From assembly GCF_018350175.1 (NCBI RefSeq), contig NC_058368.1, forward strand, positions 23,934,001-23,998,000: 64,000 bases of DNA, read 5' to 3'. The translations under genes were made by a program, and so were the position numbers. A model generated the notes under the pieces. The model made no database searches. It was not told the origin of the DNA and saw only the letters and a program-made list of their open reading frames with translations. Source of the DNA: Felis catus. Lineage: Eukaryota. Position 1 is the first letter of the stretch. Every line of letters starts with the position of its first letter. Positions 38,802 to 51,410 of this stretch are shown here, piece after piece.

Positions 38802-39012
38802 GGAGCACCTGGGTGGCTCTCGTCAGTTTTGCATCCAACTCTTGTTTTTGGCTCAGGTCATGATTTCATGGGTTTGTGGGATTGAGCCCTAAATCAGGCT
38901 CTCTGCTGACAGCACAGTGCCTGCTTGGCATTGTCTCTCCCTCTCCCTCTGCCCCCTCCTACTCGCTCACTCTCTCTCTCTCAAAAATAAATAAACATTA
39001 AAAATAAATAAA
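38802..39012 (+). mobile_element. Can-SINE
   Basis: GGAGCACCTGGGTGGCTC...GCTCAGGTCATGAT...(CT)n AATAAATAAACATT. Confidence 0.93.
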
Positions 39013-39049
39013 CAAGCAAACTGCCCCAAACTTAGCCTCTAATTCTTCT

Positions 39050-39836
39050 CTGTACATAACACACCCAATTTTTTCTTCCTCTTGCACACTGAACCAAGGT
39101 AAATTCTATTTCCCTGGAAGCAGGAAGTGATCAATCTTCCTCATCCCTCACTTGGTTAGTAGATCCCATTCATGCTACCCCCAAATTCAGCCTCCTAACT
39201 TCTTTTCCTACCAGTCTCTTCCTACTCTCAGCTCTTGTAGCATCGTTAACTAGTTTTTTGAGCACTGGAATCACCATACTCTGTTCAAAAACTTCTGATG
39301 CATGTGTGGAGGCAGGGGGTAAATGGGAACTGTCTGTACTGTTCAATTTCGGTGTGAATTTAAAACGTCTCTAAAAGTAGCCTCGTTAAAAAAAAACACA
39401 CAAAAACTTTAAAACAAACAAAACTTCCGATGCCACTACATTGTTCAAAAGATAAGTTCCTAGATCCTTAATGTAGGAAACCGACTTGGTCACACCTTTC
39501 TTTCCTACACTATCCCTCCTGGCCTGTCCCTCAGAAGTAAGCAGCTGAGAGCACTCTAAGCATGATGCCCTCTGATAATTGTTGCTACTTATCTGTCACT
39601 GTGAGGCCTTTCTTGTTCATTCACTCAGAGGCAATTACTCCTTCCTGTGCTCCTGCTGTGCTGAGTAGACCCTTGAGCAGAGCAAGCTTCTCATTGCATA
39701 ATTATATATTTACACATTTCACTTTCTCACTAGGCTTCTTTGGAACCAGGACTGGGTCTTATTTGCTTGTTCCTTTTCCAATAACTAAATTTGGGTGTTT
39801 TCAACAACAGCAAAAATTTAATGTTTAATGAATAAA
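39050..39836 (+). mobile_element. L2 fragments
   Basis: GATCCCATTCATGC...CTGTTCAAAAACTTC...; L2-type end AATGTTTAATGAATAAA. Confidence 0.5.
39302..39418 (+). mobile_element. Very short L1MC/MD 3'-end insertion with TSD
   Basis: GGCAGGGGGTAAATGGGAACTGTCTGTACT...CTCTAAAA plus A-rich tail; flanked by AAAACTTCtGATGC / AAAACTTCcGATGC. Confidence 0.8.
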
Positions 39837-40124
39837 CGGCGCCTGATGAGGAAAAATTTAACACGGTCTTTGGTCTCCCAAAGTCTCCCAGTTAATCAAA
39901 ACCTTTGCCAGCCTCCTTGAGGCCTCCTTACCTTTTCATTCATAGCAGATAAAATGACACACGATATCTTACTGAGAAACTGTGACCTTATGTGTATCAT
40001 CTCTCATTATCTGTCTCCATCAACTTCTCTGAATTTGCTGTCACTAAAGACAACGACGACATAAATGCCATACAGGATGGAACCCCTAGGTGTTTAAAGA
40101 AGGCCAAGACAAACGGGCCAAATG

Positions 40125-40870
40125 TCAAATGTATATTAATTTCACAATGAAATATAATTTCATACCCAACTTTGCAAGGTGTGGAGAAAGGGGAATTTCA
40201 ATGCATAGCCACTGGGAAGGAAATCCATTTAATCCCTTTGAAAAAACAAAGGCAGGACTACCTAAGTAAAATGAGGAGTTGCACATCCTCTCTGATCCAG
40301 CAATTTCTCTGCTTGGAGTAAATCTCAGGAACATACTGGTACATCAACACCAGAAAACACATGCAAAAAATCCTTAAAGCAGTTTAAAAATAGGAAACAA
40401 TTCAAATGTCTCCTTCCAAAAGAAATGAAAGATGGATTATAGAATATTCCTATAGTGGCATACTATACACTATAAATGGAGAATTTAATATCGCAAAAAC
40501 TATCATGGTTAAATTAGTGAAATGTTAAGACAAAAAAATGAGAAGCACTTTAAAGTATAAAATTGATAAACATTTCAAAAATGTGCAAAAAGAAATTATA
40601 TATGACTTACAATTCAAATACTTGTGTTAAACTCCAAAGAAAAGAGAATAAAGCCAAAAATTCAAAACAATGCTTCTGTTTTTAGGAGTAACTTTAAGGA
40701 GGGGCACAGAAGCTATAAAGTACAAAGTTACAGGTTTAGGTCTCAAGCTCAGGACTAGATATGTGTACAATCATTTTACATGTAAGGGGCACAAGAGGTA
40801 CTCTCACATGTAGCTAATATCAAAATGTTCTTACATATTTCAATGTGTGTAATTTTAAAAGAAAAAAATT
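40125..40870 (+). mobile_element. Ancient L1 (L1ME-like) 3' fragment
   Basis: TGATCCAGCAATTTCTCTGCTTGGAGT...GGAAACAATTCAAATGTC. Confidence 0.6.
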
Positions 40871-41205
40871 TACCTTTAAGATGACCACATTATTTTTCTG
40901 GTAAATAGGAGGCTTATACAATATCTCAGCTAAAATATATTCTTTTTTTCTTTAATATTTCAAGGTCAGTATGAATGAGATTTTCAGTTCAGATGTTCAT
41001 CCCAAAAGAAAGTATTCTGAAATCTATCTTTTCACTGGTAAACTAGAACATTTGGTTCTTGGAAAGGGTCTTTTTTATTTATTTTATTTTCTAATGACTC
41101 ACCACTGATACCCACTGAGTACAGCAATAGAAACAAGGCTTATCTTTTCTAAGTGCAATAAATTCATCATTTCTTCATAGAAAAAGTATCTTAAAAACCC
41201 ATTTG

Positions 41206-41416
41206 AGGGGTGGCTGGGTGACTCACTCAGTTGAGCATCCGACTTTAGTTCAAGACATGATCTCTCTGCTTGTGGGTTCCAGCCCCGCATCAGGCTCTGT
41301 GGTGACATCTCAGAGCCTGGAGCCAGCGTTGGAATCTCTCTCTCTCCCTCCCTCTCTCTCTGCCTCTCCCCCACTCGTGTTTTCTCTCAAAAATAAACAT
41401 CTAAAAAATATAAACA
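41206..41416 (+). mobile_element. Can-SINE
   Basis: GGGGTGGCTGGGTGACTCACTCAG head; TSD-like AAAcCCATTT / AAAtCCATTT. Confidence 0.93.
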
Positions 41417-41724
41417 TAAATCCATTTTAAGGTTCAACTAATATCATTCTTCCTAATTTGCACATATGTAATAGCAAGCATCATGTAATATCATAGCTGG
41501 CATTAAACTAATTCAAATGATACAGAAGATTCAAAGTAAGAACAGCCACTGAAATGCAATTTTACTACTAGCATTTATCACCTCCTGAGAAAAAGGATTC
41601 ACGTATAAAAGAAATTTGACATTTTTGCTTTCTTCCCTTCCATAATATTCAAATATTTTATAAGTACGTGTTCCTTTTGTAACATATGCATTTATTTATT
41701 TACTTATTTTTAAGGATACAATTC

Positions 41725-41930
41725 TTTTTTTTTTTAACTTTTTATTTAATTTTTTGAGACAGATCATGAGCAAGGTATGGGCAGAGAGAGAGGGAGAAAC
41801 AGAATACGAACCAGGTTCCTGTCTCTGAGCTGTCAGCACAGAGCCCAACATGGGGCTCGAACCCATGGATGAGAGACCATGACCTGAGCCAAAGTCAGAT
41901 GCTTGACTGACTGAACCACCCAGGCACCCC
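41725..41930 (-). mobile_element. Can-SINE
   Basis: T tail...CTCTGAGCTGTCAGCACAGAGCCC...CACCCAGGCACCCC. Confidence 0.95.
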
Positions 41931-42234
41931 AAGAACACAGCTCTAATGTGTTTTCTCCAGTTCCAAAAACTATATTTTCTAATGACTGTGGCATTTTGTG
42001 TAAGACAATATTGTGAAGCAGGTGAAGTCAGCCTGTAGTCACCTACCACTCTGCCCTTCTTTCTGTAAACTTGGGTCACACCCTTGACCTAAACCAAGGC
42101 ATCACCTCTCTTGCCTCTCCCTGCAGCTCTAATTCTCCTCCCTGTTCAGTAAAATTTCTCCTTCTCTAAATTCCCATCCATTTAGTACTCTGATTTCAGC
42201 CAGTGGTCACCAGACTATCATAGGCTCAAATGAA

Positions 42235-43165
42235 AGCATCCTTCCCTTTGCACTGTTCTGATAAACACAAATGTCAGATTCCACAGTGTAGTCAAGTATC
42301 GCCAGTCCCCTAAAAACTATTCAAATTTCATTCACCACAGTATATTCACCTTACGGAACTGCATAATGTACACATTTCCCTGCTAACTCTTCAGTCTGCA
42401 AATCACAAGGTAAAGAAATGTGCATCACGACTAGTGACTAATATGTTGTGTCTTTCACCTTTTTTTTTGAGTGATGGGTCCCTGTGCATCCATTACTCAG
42501 TTCCTGCATTAGCGGCAAATGTACAGTTGTGTTGCCTCTTCGTCCAGAGATGGACCTACACGGCATTGTATAAAGACAGATACGCAAATCAGGGACTTGA
42601 CCAAGTCCCAAGAAAGGTGAAAGCACAGCAAAGGATTGCAAAGTTCTAACTCACGATGTGAAGGCAATAGCTGATCTTGGACACTTTAATGGTACAGTGG
42701 GTGGGTCAGAAACTCTAGATATGCAGTGGAAGTAACTTATTGAAAGCAAAGTTATTGACATAAATGAAGAACGGTTGTAATGAAAAGGATGAAGATGCCA
42801 TAGAGAAAGCGACACTGGTAAAAACCTTAAGATTAAGGGAACTCAGATATTTTCCAGCATTAAAAGAGGAAAGACAAATGTTTCAGGCTGATCGAAACCT
42901 AGAGACGAGTATAGCCACTGGCCAAGGCAGGGAGGAAACGCTCATTCTGTATTATAGGTTATGCAACAAGAAAGCAAGTGCTATTCAAATTGCTTTTGAT
43001 ACTTAAAAAAAAAGAATTTCATTTTTCACATCTAATGATTTAAATGAGAACTTTAACAAAAATGTAAAAGTCATGCAACATTCTTCATTTTTTCATTGCA
43101 TGCTTTCAGCTTGCACGAGCATTTTTATAGTTTTGTGCTATCGTGCAAAGTGTGGATTTCCTGTA
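42235..43165 (+). mobile_element. Non-autonomous TcMar-Tigger DNA transposon (Tigger13a-like)
   Basis: Imperfect terminal inverted repeats (ATCCTTCCCTTTGCAC ... GTGCAAAGTGTGGATTTCCTGTA); transposase-tail remnant ORF 42764-43006 (GCNEKDED...LRELR...MFQADRNLE). Confidence 0.75.
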
Positions 43166-43274
43166 TTTGACACAAAGGTCAACGAGTGTCTGCTACGCTA
43201 ATTAAAATATTAGCAGAAGATGGTAGGGCTAGCACAGACTGTAGAGGGGAAGACCGGGGCTAAAGCTCTCAATG

Positions 43275-43452
43275 TGAAACTTGTTTGCTGTGACCTTTGC
43301 TTTTCCACTTAACCTCTCAGCTTTAGTTGCTTCCCCATTTTTACAAAAGGGATGGAATACCTCATCTGCAGCATGGTTGTGTGGACTAAATGAGGTAAGG
43401 GAATGAAAGCAGTACATTGTAAAAAGATAATACAAATACTAGATGCTATTAA
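43275..43452 (+). mobile_element. MIR
   Basis: TGCTGTGACCTT...CACTTAACCTCTC...GGTTGTGTGGACTAAATGAG. Confidence 0.8.
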
Positions 43453-43754
43453 AAAGTGTAAGATTCGTAGGTTAACATTCTGTCCCCTTACACATCACGT
43501 TCTACAACACAGCCATGAGTGATAGAATATGCCCTTCCAAAATAATTATCTCCAAATAAGAGGTGTTCAAACAATATTTTAGCAGCTAGTGTAAGACATT
43601 TAAAAATAGAAATCATTCCTGGAACTTCAGTCCGAAGCCAACTTTTGTTCCCTATCCATAAGTTCCTATTAATGATGCTTAAACTATCCCCATATCTGAA
43701 CTTATTTCCCATAGTATTTAGATTCCAAACTTTTTGAGTTCTGTATCTATTCTT

Positions 43755-43973
43755 TTTTTTTAATTTTTTTAACATTTTATTTATTTTTGAGACAGAGAGA
43801 GACAGAGCATGAATGGGGGAGGGTCAGAGAGAGAGGGAGACACAGAATCGGAAACAGGCTCCAGGCTCTGAGCTGTCAGCACAGAGCCCGACGCGGGGCT
43901 CGAACTCATGGACTGTGAGATCATGACCTGAGCCGAAGTCGACGCTTAACCAACTGAGCCATCTAGGCGCCCC
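43755..43973 (-). mobile_element. Young felid SINE
   Basis: CpG-rich (GAGCCCGACGCGGGGCTCGAAC); perfect 18-bp TSD AGTTCTGTATCTATTCTT at 43737-43754 and 43975-43992. Confidence 0.97.
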
Positions 43974-44139
43974 AAGTTCTGTATCTATTCTTAAATAATA
44001 TCTCCCTGTTGCACTTCTGAATTGTGTTATGGACTTCATAAATTTGAGGTTTCACTTACCTCAATTAATTATAGTCAATATACAAAGAAACATTAAAGGG
44101 AGGGAAAGAGGAAAATGTTTAATTAGCTTGAAAAATGAT

Positions 44140-44192
44140 TTGTTTTTTTTAAGAGAGAGAGTGTTCAGGAGTGAGAGAGGGACAGAGAGAGG

Positions 44193-44241
<49 letters not shown>

Positions 44242-44360
44242 TAAATCTTAAGCAGGCTCTGTGCTCAACACAGAGCCCAATGGGGGCTTGACCCCATGAC
44301 CCTGGAATCATGACCTGAGTCAAAATCAAGAGTCAACTGACTAAGCCACCTAGGCACCCC
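44140..44360 (-). mobile_element. Can-SINE with expanded (GA)n tract
   Basis: (GA)n ~44195-44238; ends GCCACCTAGGCACCCC. Confidence 0.93.
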
Positions 44361-45747
44361 ATAAGTGATGTTTTAAACTTAGTTACAAACTGCTGAATTT
44401 CCAGAAAACTGATAATTTCACAATGGGCACTGAGTGATATCATTGTATAAATACAAGAAAACTCCATCAGAAAAGAGTGAATGAATTAGGTTCACAGTAA
44501 AATTTACAAATGCCAAGTCATACCAACTTAATTTGCAATCCCAGGACATAGCATTAATCTCAAAAATATACAAACAAGTCTTTATAATGGGCCCAGTCCT
44601 TGGCTATGAAATAAAGTCATGTCTTCCTTCAGTATTTAACATATTTCATGCATGAATTTCATTAATTAGGTTATTTACTTATTGGGTTGACTCCATACAG
44701 AAGTTATCAAGGACTGCTTGGTTCTCAGGAGAAAGAGATGTGGTTAAGATCCAAAAACCCTGAGCCTTAACCACCTGGCTACTTCAGCCACAGCTTTAGG
44801 GAGGAGGGTAAATACTGGGCACATTCCTGACAAATGAATAGTCTTTAATCCTGTCTTGGGGTTTGAAGCAAGGCCCTATTTGAATGCTCTATGGTCTAAT
44901 TGGGTACTCCTCTGGCCCAAAGTCTAACCAGAACCAGATCAAATGGTTTTTCAGTTCTTTTACCCAGAATTTCAATCTGATCTTGGTCTAGAAACTGCCT
45001 CGGGTAGGGACAAGCAAAAGTCAAGAAAAATATCATCTATATCTAAGACCCAGAAGAGAACTCACTTATGCCATGCACACCATGCCTCCCTTTCCTTCAC
45101 TCCAAATTCAGACCTGCTTGGCTGGGAAAGCCCAGTCCACTGCCTCTACTTCTACCCTAAGCAGGGGACACGCTAGTCTTTTCACTATACACAAGCCGGA
45201 AAAGAGCTACAGCGTCCTTCTAAAAGGAAGATGCTATGAATGAGGAAAAGGCCAGAAGATCGAGAAAGGAAAACCACACAGAAGAGCTCACTCCATCAAA
45301 AACTCCTCCCCCAGCCTCAAGACCAAATCCTTACTCCCTGGACCATTTCTCCACGCTTCTTGCTGGTAGAACAAAGGGCAATTCTTCGACTCTCTGGAGG
45401 GTATACCACTGCCACTCCGTCAAGTGTAAAATCTAGCCCAAGCAATCAGAACTTACAATAGTTTTGTCTAAATATTTGCCTGCTTCTTCCACCATATTCG
45501 GGGATATCTCTATTGCCACCTTTATTTTCCCAGCATAGACTCCACTTCCTTTTCTCAAACTTTTTAGAAAATTGCTTAGCCAGAAAACTCCTTGAAATTC
45601 TTGGTCAAGATGACCAAAACTTGGTCAGAATTATTATAATCCTTAACAACATGAAAGTAGAGAGAAAAGTCACATGAATCCCCACGTATCCATTGACCAG
45701 CCTCTACAATTATCAACATTTTGGTAATCTTTCTTCGTCAATTACGC

Positions 45748-45905
45748 TAGGGATCAACAAACTTTTTAAGAATATTTGAATTTAGTGGACCATATGGTCC
45801 CTATTGCAACTATTTAACTCAGCTGTTGTCATGAATGTAGCCATCAACAATATACAAACAAATGAGTGTATCTCTGCTCCAATCGAATTTTATTTATAAA
45901 AGCAA
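45748..45905 (+). mobile_element. hAT-Charlie MITE (MER58A-like)
   Basis: AGGGATCAACAAACTTTTT...GACCATATGGTCCCTATTGCAACTA...GCCATCAACAATATACAAACAAATGAG. Confidence 0.75.
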
Positions 45906-46499
45906 ACTAAACTCATCACTTAGAGGCAACCACTATTCTGATTTCTATCTTCATAGATTAATTATGCCTCTTCTCAAACACTGTAAAAGTGTACTCTTTT
46001 CTTCCTTCGTTAAGTAAAAATTTGAGATGGTTTCATATTGCTCTATCAGTTCATTCCTTTTATTACTGAAGAGCATTCCACTGGATGAAAATACACTTGT
46101 TTTGTTTATCCCTTCTTCTGTTGATGAAAATTTGGGTTGTTCCCTAAGTTTTTGCTGTTATGAGTGAAACTACATTATTATTCTTTAATTATTGTTATAG
46201 AAGTAAAGTTTAAGTTCCTGGGGTTGAAATTGATATATCACAAGCAGGTATGTGATTAATGAAAACCACTATGATGGGGCTATCATCTCCAAGGATGTAT
46301 AAGATGTCAGTGTTCCACATTCTGGTAAACTTTTAGTATTATCTGTCTTTAAAAATTCTAGCCTTTCTAGTGATTATTCAGTGATACTTCACTGTGATTT
46401 TAATGTGCATTTTTCATGACAAGTACTGGCACTGTTTCAAGTATTGACCAACTACTACATGACTCTTGTGAAATATGTAAGACTTTTGGCCTTTTTCTA

Positions 46500-46701
46500 C
46501 TTTTTTTAATGTTTGTGTTTGAGTGAGCGCGAGCGAGCGAGCAAGCAGAGGAGGGGTAGAGAGAGATGGGAACAGAGGATCAGAAGCAGGCTCTCTGCTA
46601 ACAGCAGGGAGCCCCATGAGGGACTCAAACTCACAAACTATGAGATTATGACCTGAGCCGAAGTAGTTGGATGCTTCATCAACTGAGCCACCCAGGTGCC
46701 C
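46500..46701 (-). mobile_element. Can-SINE
   Basis: GAGGATCAGAAGCAGGCTCTCTGCT...CTGAGCCACCCAGGTGCCC. Confidence 0.93.
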
Positions 46702-48755
46702 GAGCCACTTTTAATTAAATTGCTTGCCTTTTAATTATCAATTATAGAGTTAAGATTTACAGATTTGAGTCTTTTGTCAGATGAATGTATTGGGAATATT
46801 TTCTCCAAGTCTGTAGCTTCCTTTTCTTTCTCAATAGACTATTCTTTAAAACACTTTTAGGTTCATAGAAAAACCGTGCAGAGAGTCAAGTGTTACCTTC
46901 GCCTCGTCCCACTCCTCCACTCCCACACCTTCTTCTACAAACATATTAGTGCAGTACATTTTTTGGCAATGGGAAACCAATATTGACACATTATTAACTG
47001 AAGACTATAGAGTTTACTTTTTGTTGCCTTTCAATTCTGTGGGCTCGGATAAGAGCAAAGTGTCATGCATCCTCTTTTACAGTATCATACAGAACCGTTT
47101 CATTGACCTAAAAATATCCACGCTACATGTATCCACTTACTCATTCCTACCCCTCCCCCACCACCAACACCTGGCAACCACTCGTCTTTGTACTGTCTAT
47201 AGACTCTTGCCTTTTCCTGAATGTCGTATGTTTGGAATCATAAAGCACGTGGCCGTTTCGAACAGACTTCTTTCACCCAGCAGTATGCATCTGAGTTTCC
47301 TTCATGCCCTTTCTTAGATTGATAGCTTATTTCTTTGGATTGCTGCATAATAAGTGGTTCATCGACAGGATGTATCGCAGATTGTGATCAGCATTCATTT
47401 ATTAAAGGACATCTTGGTTACTTCCAAATACCCGCTCTGAGCCTGTTCCTCTGGCCTTCATAAGCCCTTCTCGCTTTCCCCACCCTTGAGGTGAGACAGA
47501 AAAGCTAGTGGCCTCGAGTTGGCTGCTCGCCTTCTCCAAATCGAAGGCGAGGAGGTGTTGGAGCTTGGTATTTATCTTTGCCGACCTCAAAGTCTCAAAG
47601 GGGCTGGAGTTGGTTATTTACTTATCCCACATGAGTTAGTTTTCGTAAAACACACTTTGGTTGGGCTGCGGTAAAAATAGTTTCCTTTAAGAGTTTGCCT
47701 TTTTAAGAACTGAATCCTCCGGCAGTTTTTCAAAAACGGTTCCTTTCCCCTTCCCTTGCTGGATGCCAGAGGGGAATTTTCTCTCATCCCAGCAAAGACC
47801 TGGTGGCGGGGTCCTGAAGGTACAACTCACAAAAGATTAGGCGCCTCCTAAAACCGTGCACCCTCGTGAGTTTTAATCTCTTAAACTGGTCCATTCCATC
47901 TCTAGCAATCAACTGCTGGCTACAGGGAAGTGTTCTGCTCCTGATAAGTTTGATTCTCTGTATCCACCCATCTCTCCGTGTTTCAAGACAGTTGTTTGCT
48001 TTGGGACTTCAATTCTCTGACACATCTAAGGGCTGTTGATTTTTAGTTTGTTCAGCGTTTTCTTATTGTGACAAGCTCTAGGCTCTTCGCATGTTAGATC
48101 AGGAACTGGAATTTTCTTGCTTTTAATTAACAGTGTCTTTTGAGAACAGAAGGTTTAAAATTTCATTAACTCCAGTTTATCTTTTTTCTTTCTTTTATAG
48201 TTAGAGCTTATGGAGTTCCATATAGAAAATCTTTGCCTAATTTCCAGTTTGCTAAGATTTTTCCGGCACTTTCTTCTGGAAGCTTTTTAATTGTGGTTTT
48301 TGTATCTAGGACCGCAATCCATTTTATGGTAATTTTTGTGTATCATATGGAGTATGCATCAAAATTCACTTTATTTCCACACATATCCAGGTGGTTTTAC
48401 AGAACTTACTGAAAAAAAAACCGTCCTTTTTTCAGTGATGGCTTTTTCAAATACTTGACTCTGTCTCTCTATACGTACAGGGGTATTTTTGGACTCTGCT
48501 CTGTTGTAAGGACCTGTCTGTCCTTACTCCAAAACCACAGTGTATTCATTATTTTGTCTTAAAATCAGATCATGTAAGTGCTACAACTTTATCCTTTTAC
48601 ATACAGATTGTAAGATCAGCTTGACAGTTTTTGTTAAAAACTGTGGTATTTTTTATTGCTATTTCATTGAACCTGCAGAGTTATTGGTGGGGGGAATATT
48701 AAATCTTCCAAATCATTAGCATGATTATTCTCTTCATAAAATATTTATAGTTTCA

Positions 48756-48970
48756 GGCGCCTGGGTGGCTCAGTTGGTTAGGCGACCAACTTCGGCTCAG
48801 GCCACGATCTCATGGTTTGTGGGTTCGAGCCCTGCATCGAGCTCTGTGCTGACAGCTCAAAGCCTGAAGCCTGTTTCAGATTCTGTGTCTCACCCTCTCT
48901 ATGTCCCTCCCCTGCTCATGCTCTGTGTCTGTCTCTCAATAAATAAACGTTGAAAAAAATTAAAAAAAAA
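48756..48970 (+). mobile_element. Can-SINE (felid type)
   Basis: GGCGCCTGGGTGGCTCAGTTGG...GCTGACAGCTCAAAGCCTGAAGCCTG...AATAAATAAACG plus A tail. Confidence 0.95.
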
Positions 48971-51410
48971 TAGCCTCATCTCTAATTGTATATAGAATTT
49001 ATAATGTCTCTCAATATGTTTTTAGTTTTCAATGAGGTCTAAGATTTATCATTTTTATGCCTTTGTATTATTAAATTTTATTTTCTATTTTTGCTAATAT
49101 TTATCACATCATTTATTACAGCTAGATTTTATGTATATTTCTTTATAATTTCTAATAGTCTGACTGTGATGTGCCCAAGTGGGGCTATCAGCATATTTAT
49201 TTAGAATTTGAGCTTTAGATTTATGTTTTTCATCAACTTGAGGAAATTTTTTGTTGATATCCCTTCACGTTTTTTGTGCGTGTCACATTTTCTTTCTCTT
49301 TTGTTCCGAGGTTTCCAAATATAGGCTTGTTAGGCCACCTGATATATTGTCCTATCGTTATCCAACATTCTCTTTAGTCTTTTTTCCATCGTGTACTTCA
49401 CTTTATATAATTGGAATTAGATTGTTTTCAACATTGCTTAAATCTTCAGTATTCATTTACTTCTCAAAACCATGTAATTTATTTCCTATTTTGGGTATTT
49501 GCTTTACATATCCAGGATTTTTATGCGATTTTTAATAGTTTCCATTCTGTGCTGATACTCCTTCTCTGTTGATCCATTCTATGCCCGCCTAGAAATCCTT
49601 AAACATCTATAATAATTTTAAAACCCTCGTCTGTTAGTTCCAGTATCTGGTTGACCTATGGATTGGTTCTTTCCTCTGCCCAGATCCCCAATTAAACTTG
49701 CTTTTCATGCTGATGTTTGATTAATAAGCAGATATTACATATAAAAAATAGTGGAAGTTGGGGAATATTCTTGCATTGCTTTGTTTTTCCCCGACAGCAG
49801 GAGTTCCTATGACTGGTGGCTAAAATGAGATAAAGCAGGATTTCACTGAGTGTTGATTTCATCTGTGACTGAGGTTCACTTTGGAGAGGTTTTATTGAAG
49901 TCTGGTTAGCCCAGCCTCCAACCTCTAGGGCTGCCTGTGCTACAGCCACTACAGAATCATCACTGTGGGCACCAGTACTACCTCCAGGACAAGCCAGGAG
50001 CTACTTTTTTGTTTTTTGGGTTTTTTTTTAAGATTTTGAGCATTTTAAAAGGCTCTTCACTTGACAAAAATCAGTTCATCAGGACTTTCTCCTGTTCATC
50101 GCTCTTAGATAGTCCTAGAGATATACATCTTGATTCCCAAAGGTCAGACTAAATTAAATCACCATCTGTATTTAAAGGTGAAATACTAAATTTTATGGGA
50201 AACTTAAAAAGACAGAAACTATTAAGTGTTAAATAACAGAGACTCGAAATGTTCAAATGAAAATCCAAGATAAAAATTACAGGATGCCAAATCACCTAAG
50301 TGTTAGGTTGTATGGTCCACATTCTAGGTGCTACGGTAATTTCTAAATTATAGTTGAGATACACTGAGAGCCAGCTGGCCTTGGGCTGAGTCTTAAGGAT
50401 AATGCTAGATTTCCATTTATGAACACACAATCCTGGGAAGGGAAATGGTCTAGAGACCGGGGAGCGTGTGTGCTCCAAGAGGGCCTCGGTGTGGCTTCCG
50501 ACCCAGCTGAAATGTCTCATTCGTGTAGGATGAAGGACGAAGGTCCGGGTTTATCAGGAAAGTGAAGCTAGTTGAGAAGGGCATGGAATACCCTATTGAG
50601 AAAGTTGTGTGGGTTTCAAATATTCCCTTAGATCATAGACCCCTTGTAGGAAAAACTGCATCTTCCTTCCCATTGTGTGCCTAGTGTCTGGCTCAATTTC
50701 AGGTAAGCATTATGAAATGTCTGTTAAATAAATAATGAATTAGTAATTGAATTGACCCAGGTCAAATGGCTAGTTCTCTTTCCCAATATGAAGCTCAAAA
50801 ACTGATGTTAATGAATACTAGTCCAACCAAACCTAAAGACTACCTAATCCTAGGCCAGTGCACAGTTTTAGTCTTAGTAGTAGATAAATTGTTTCTCCCA
50901 ATAGTGCTACAATAACACTGTAAAACAACTCTAAAGTTGTTGGAATAATGGAAAACTGTTTTAGTTATAGAACATTTATATGAATACATGTTTGGGTTTA
51001 TAACATTAACAGGAATAGTTTTTATGTTCAGGCATAAATTATTACCCATAAATGTGGATATTTATGAGCTTTTGACTGTTTGGGATGTACACTTTATCAG
51101 GAAAGCTGTTGCTTTCTCCACTATAAACATTTCGATCTTGAGGCCAACCATCATTCTATCTCATTCCCCTGGTTACGGTGTGTACATAACCCACATCCAG
51201 ACCAAGCCAATCATAGTAAATTGCAGGGTAAATAGTTCAGGCTTTGAGGAACAAAAGTCGTAAAGGAGATATTATACAAGTATGCTTTTAAAAGGCATTT
51301 AAAATTTAATCGTTTTAAAATATAAAAAATCATTCTTAGCTTATGGTAAAATAACAAAAAAAAATAGGGGGTCAGTCATACGTGGCTCATGGTATGTATC
51401 AAGTCCTGGT

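Larger units (their letters stand above)
45630..49700 (-). mobile_element. Cluster of old antisense L1 fragments (L1ME/L1MC/L1MD-like) with nested elements
   Basis: AGAGGCAACCACTATTCTGATTTCTAT; CTGGCAACCACT...CCTTTTCCTGAATGTC; ORF2-like remnants 48120-48720. Confidence 0.7.

Noticed and set aside
42764..43006. 80-aa ORF as a domesticated transposase
   Set aside because: Short remnant inside a non-autonomous Tigger with no catalytic domain
47526..47551. GC-rich 9-bp hairpin CTCGCCTTC/GAAGGCGAG
   Set aside because: Isolated short stem within old L1-derived sequence; no other support
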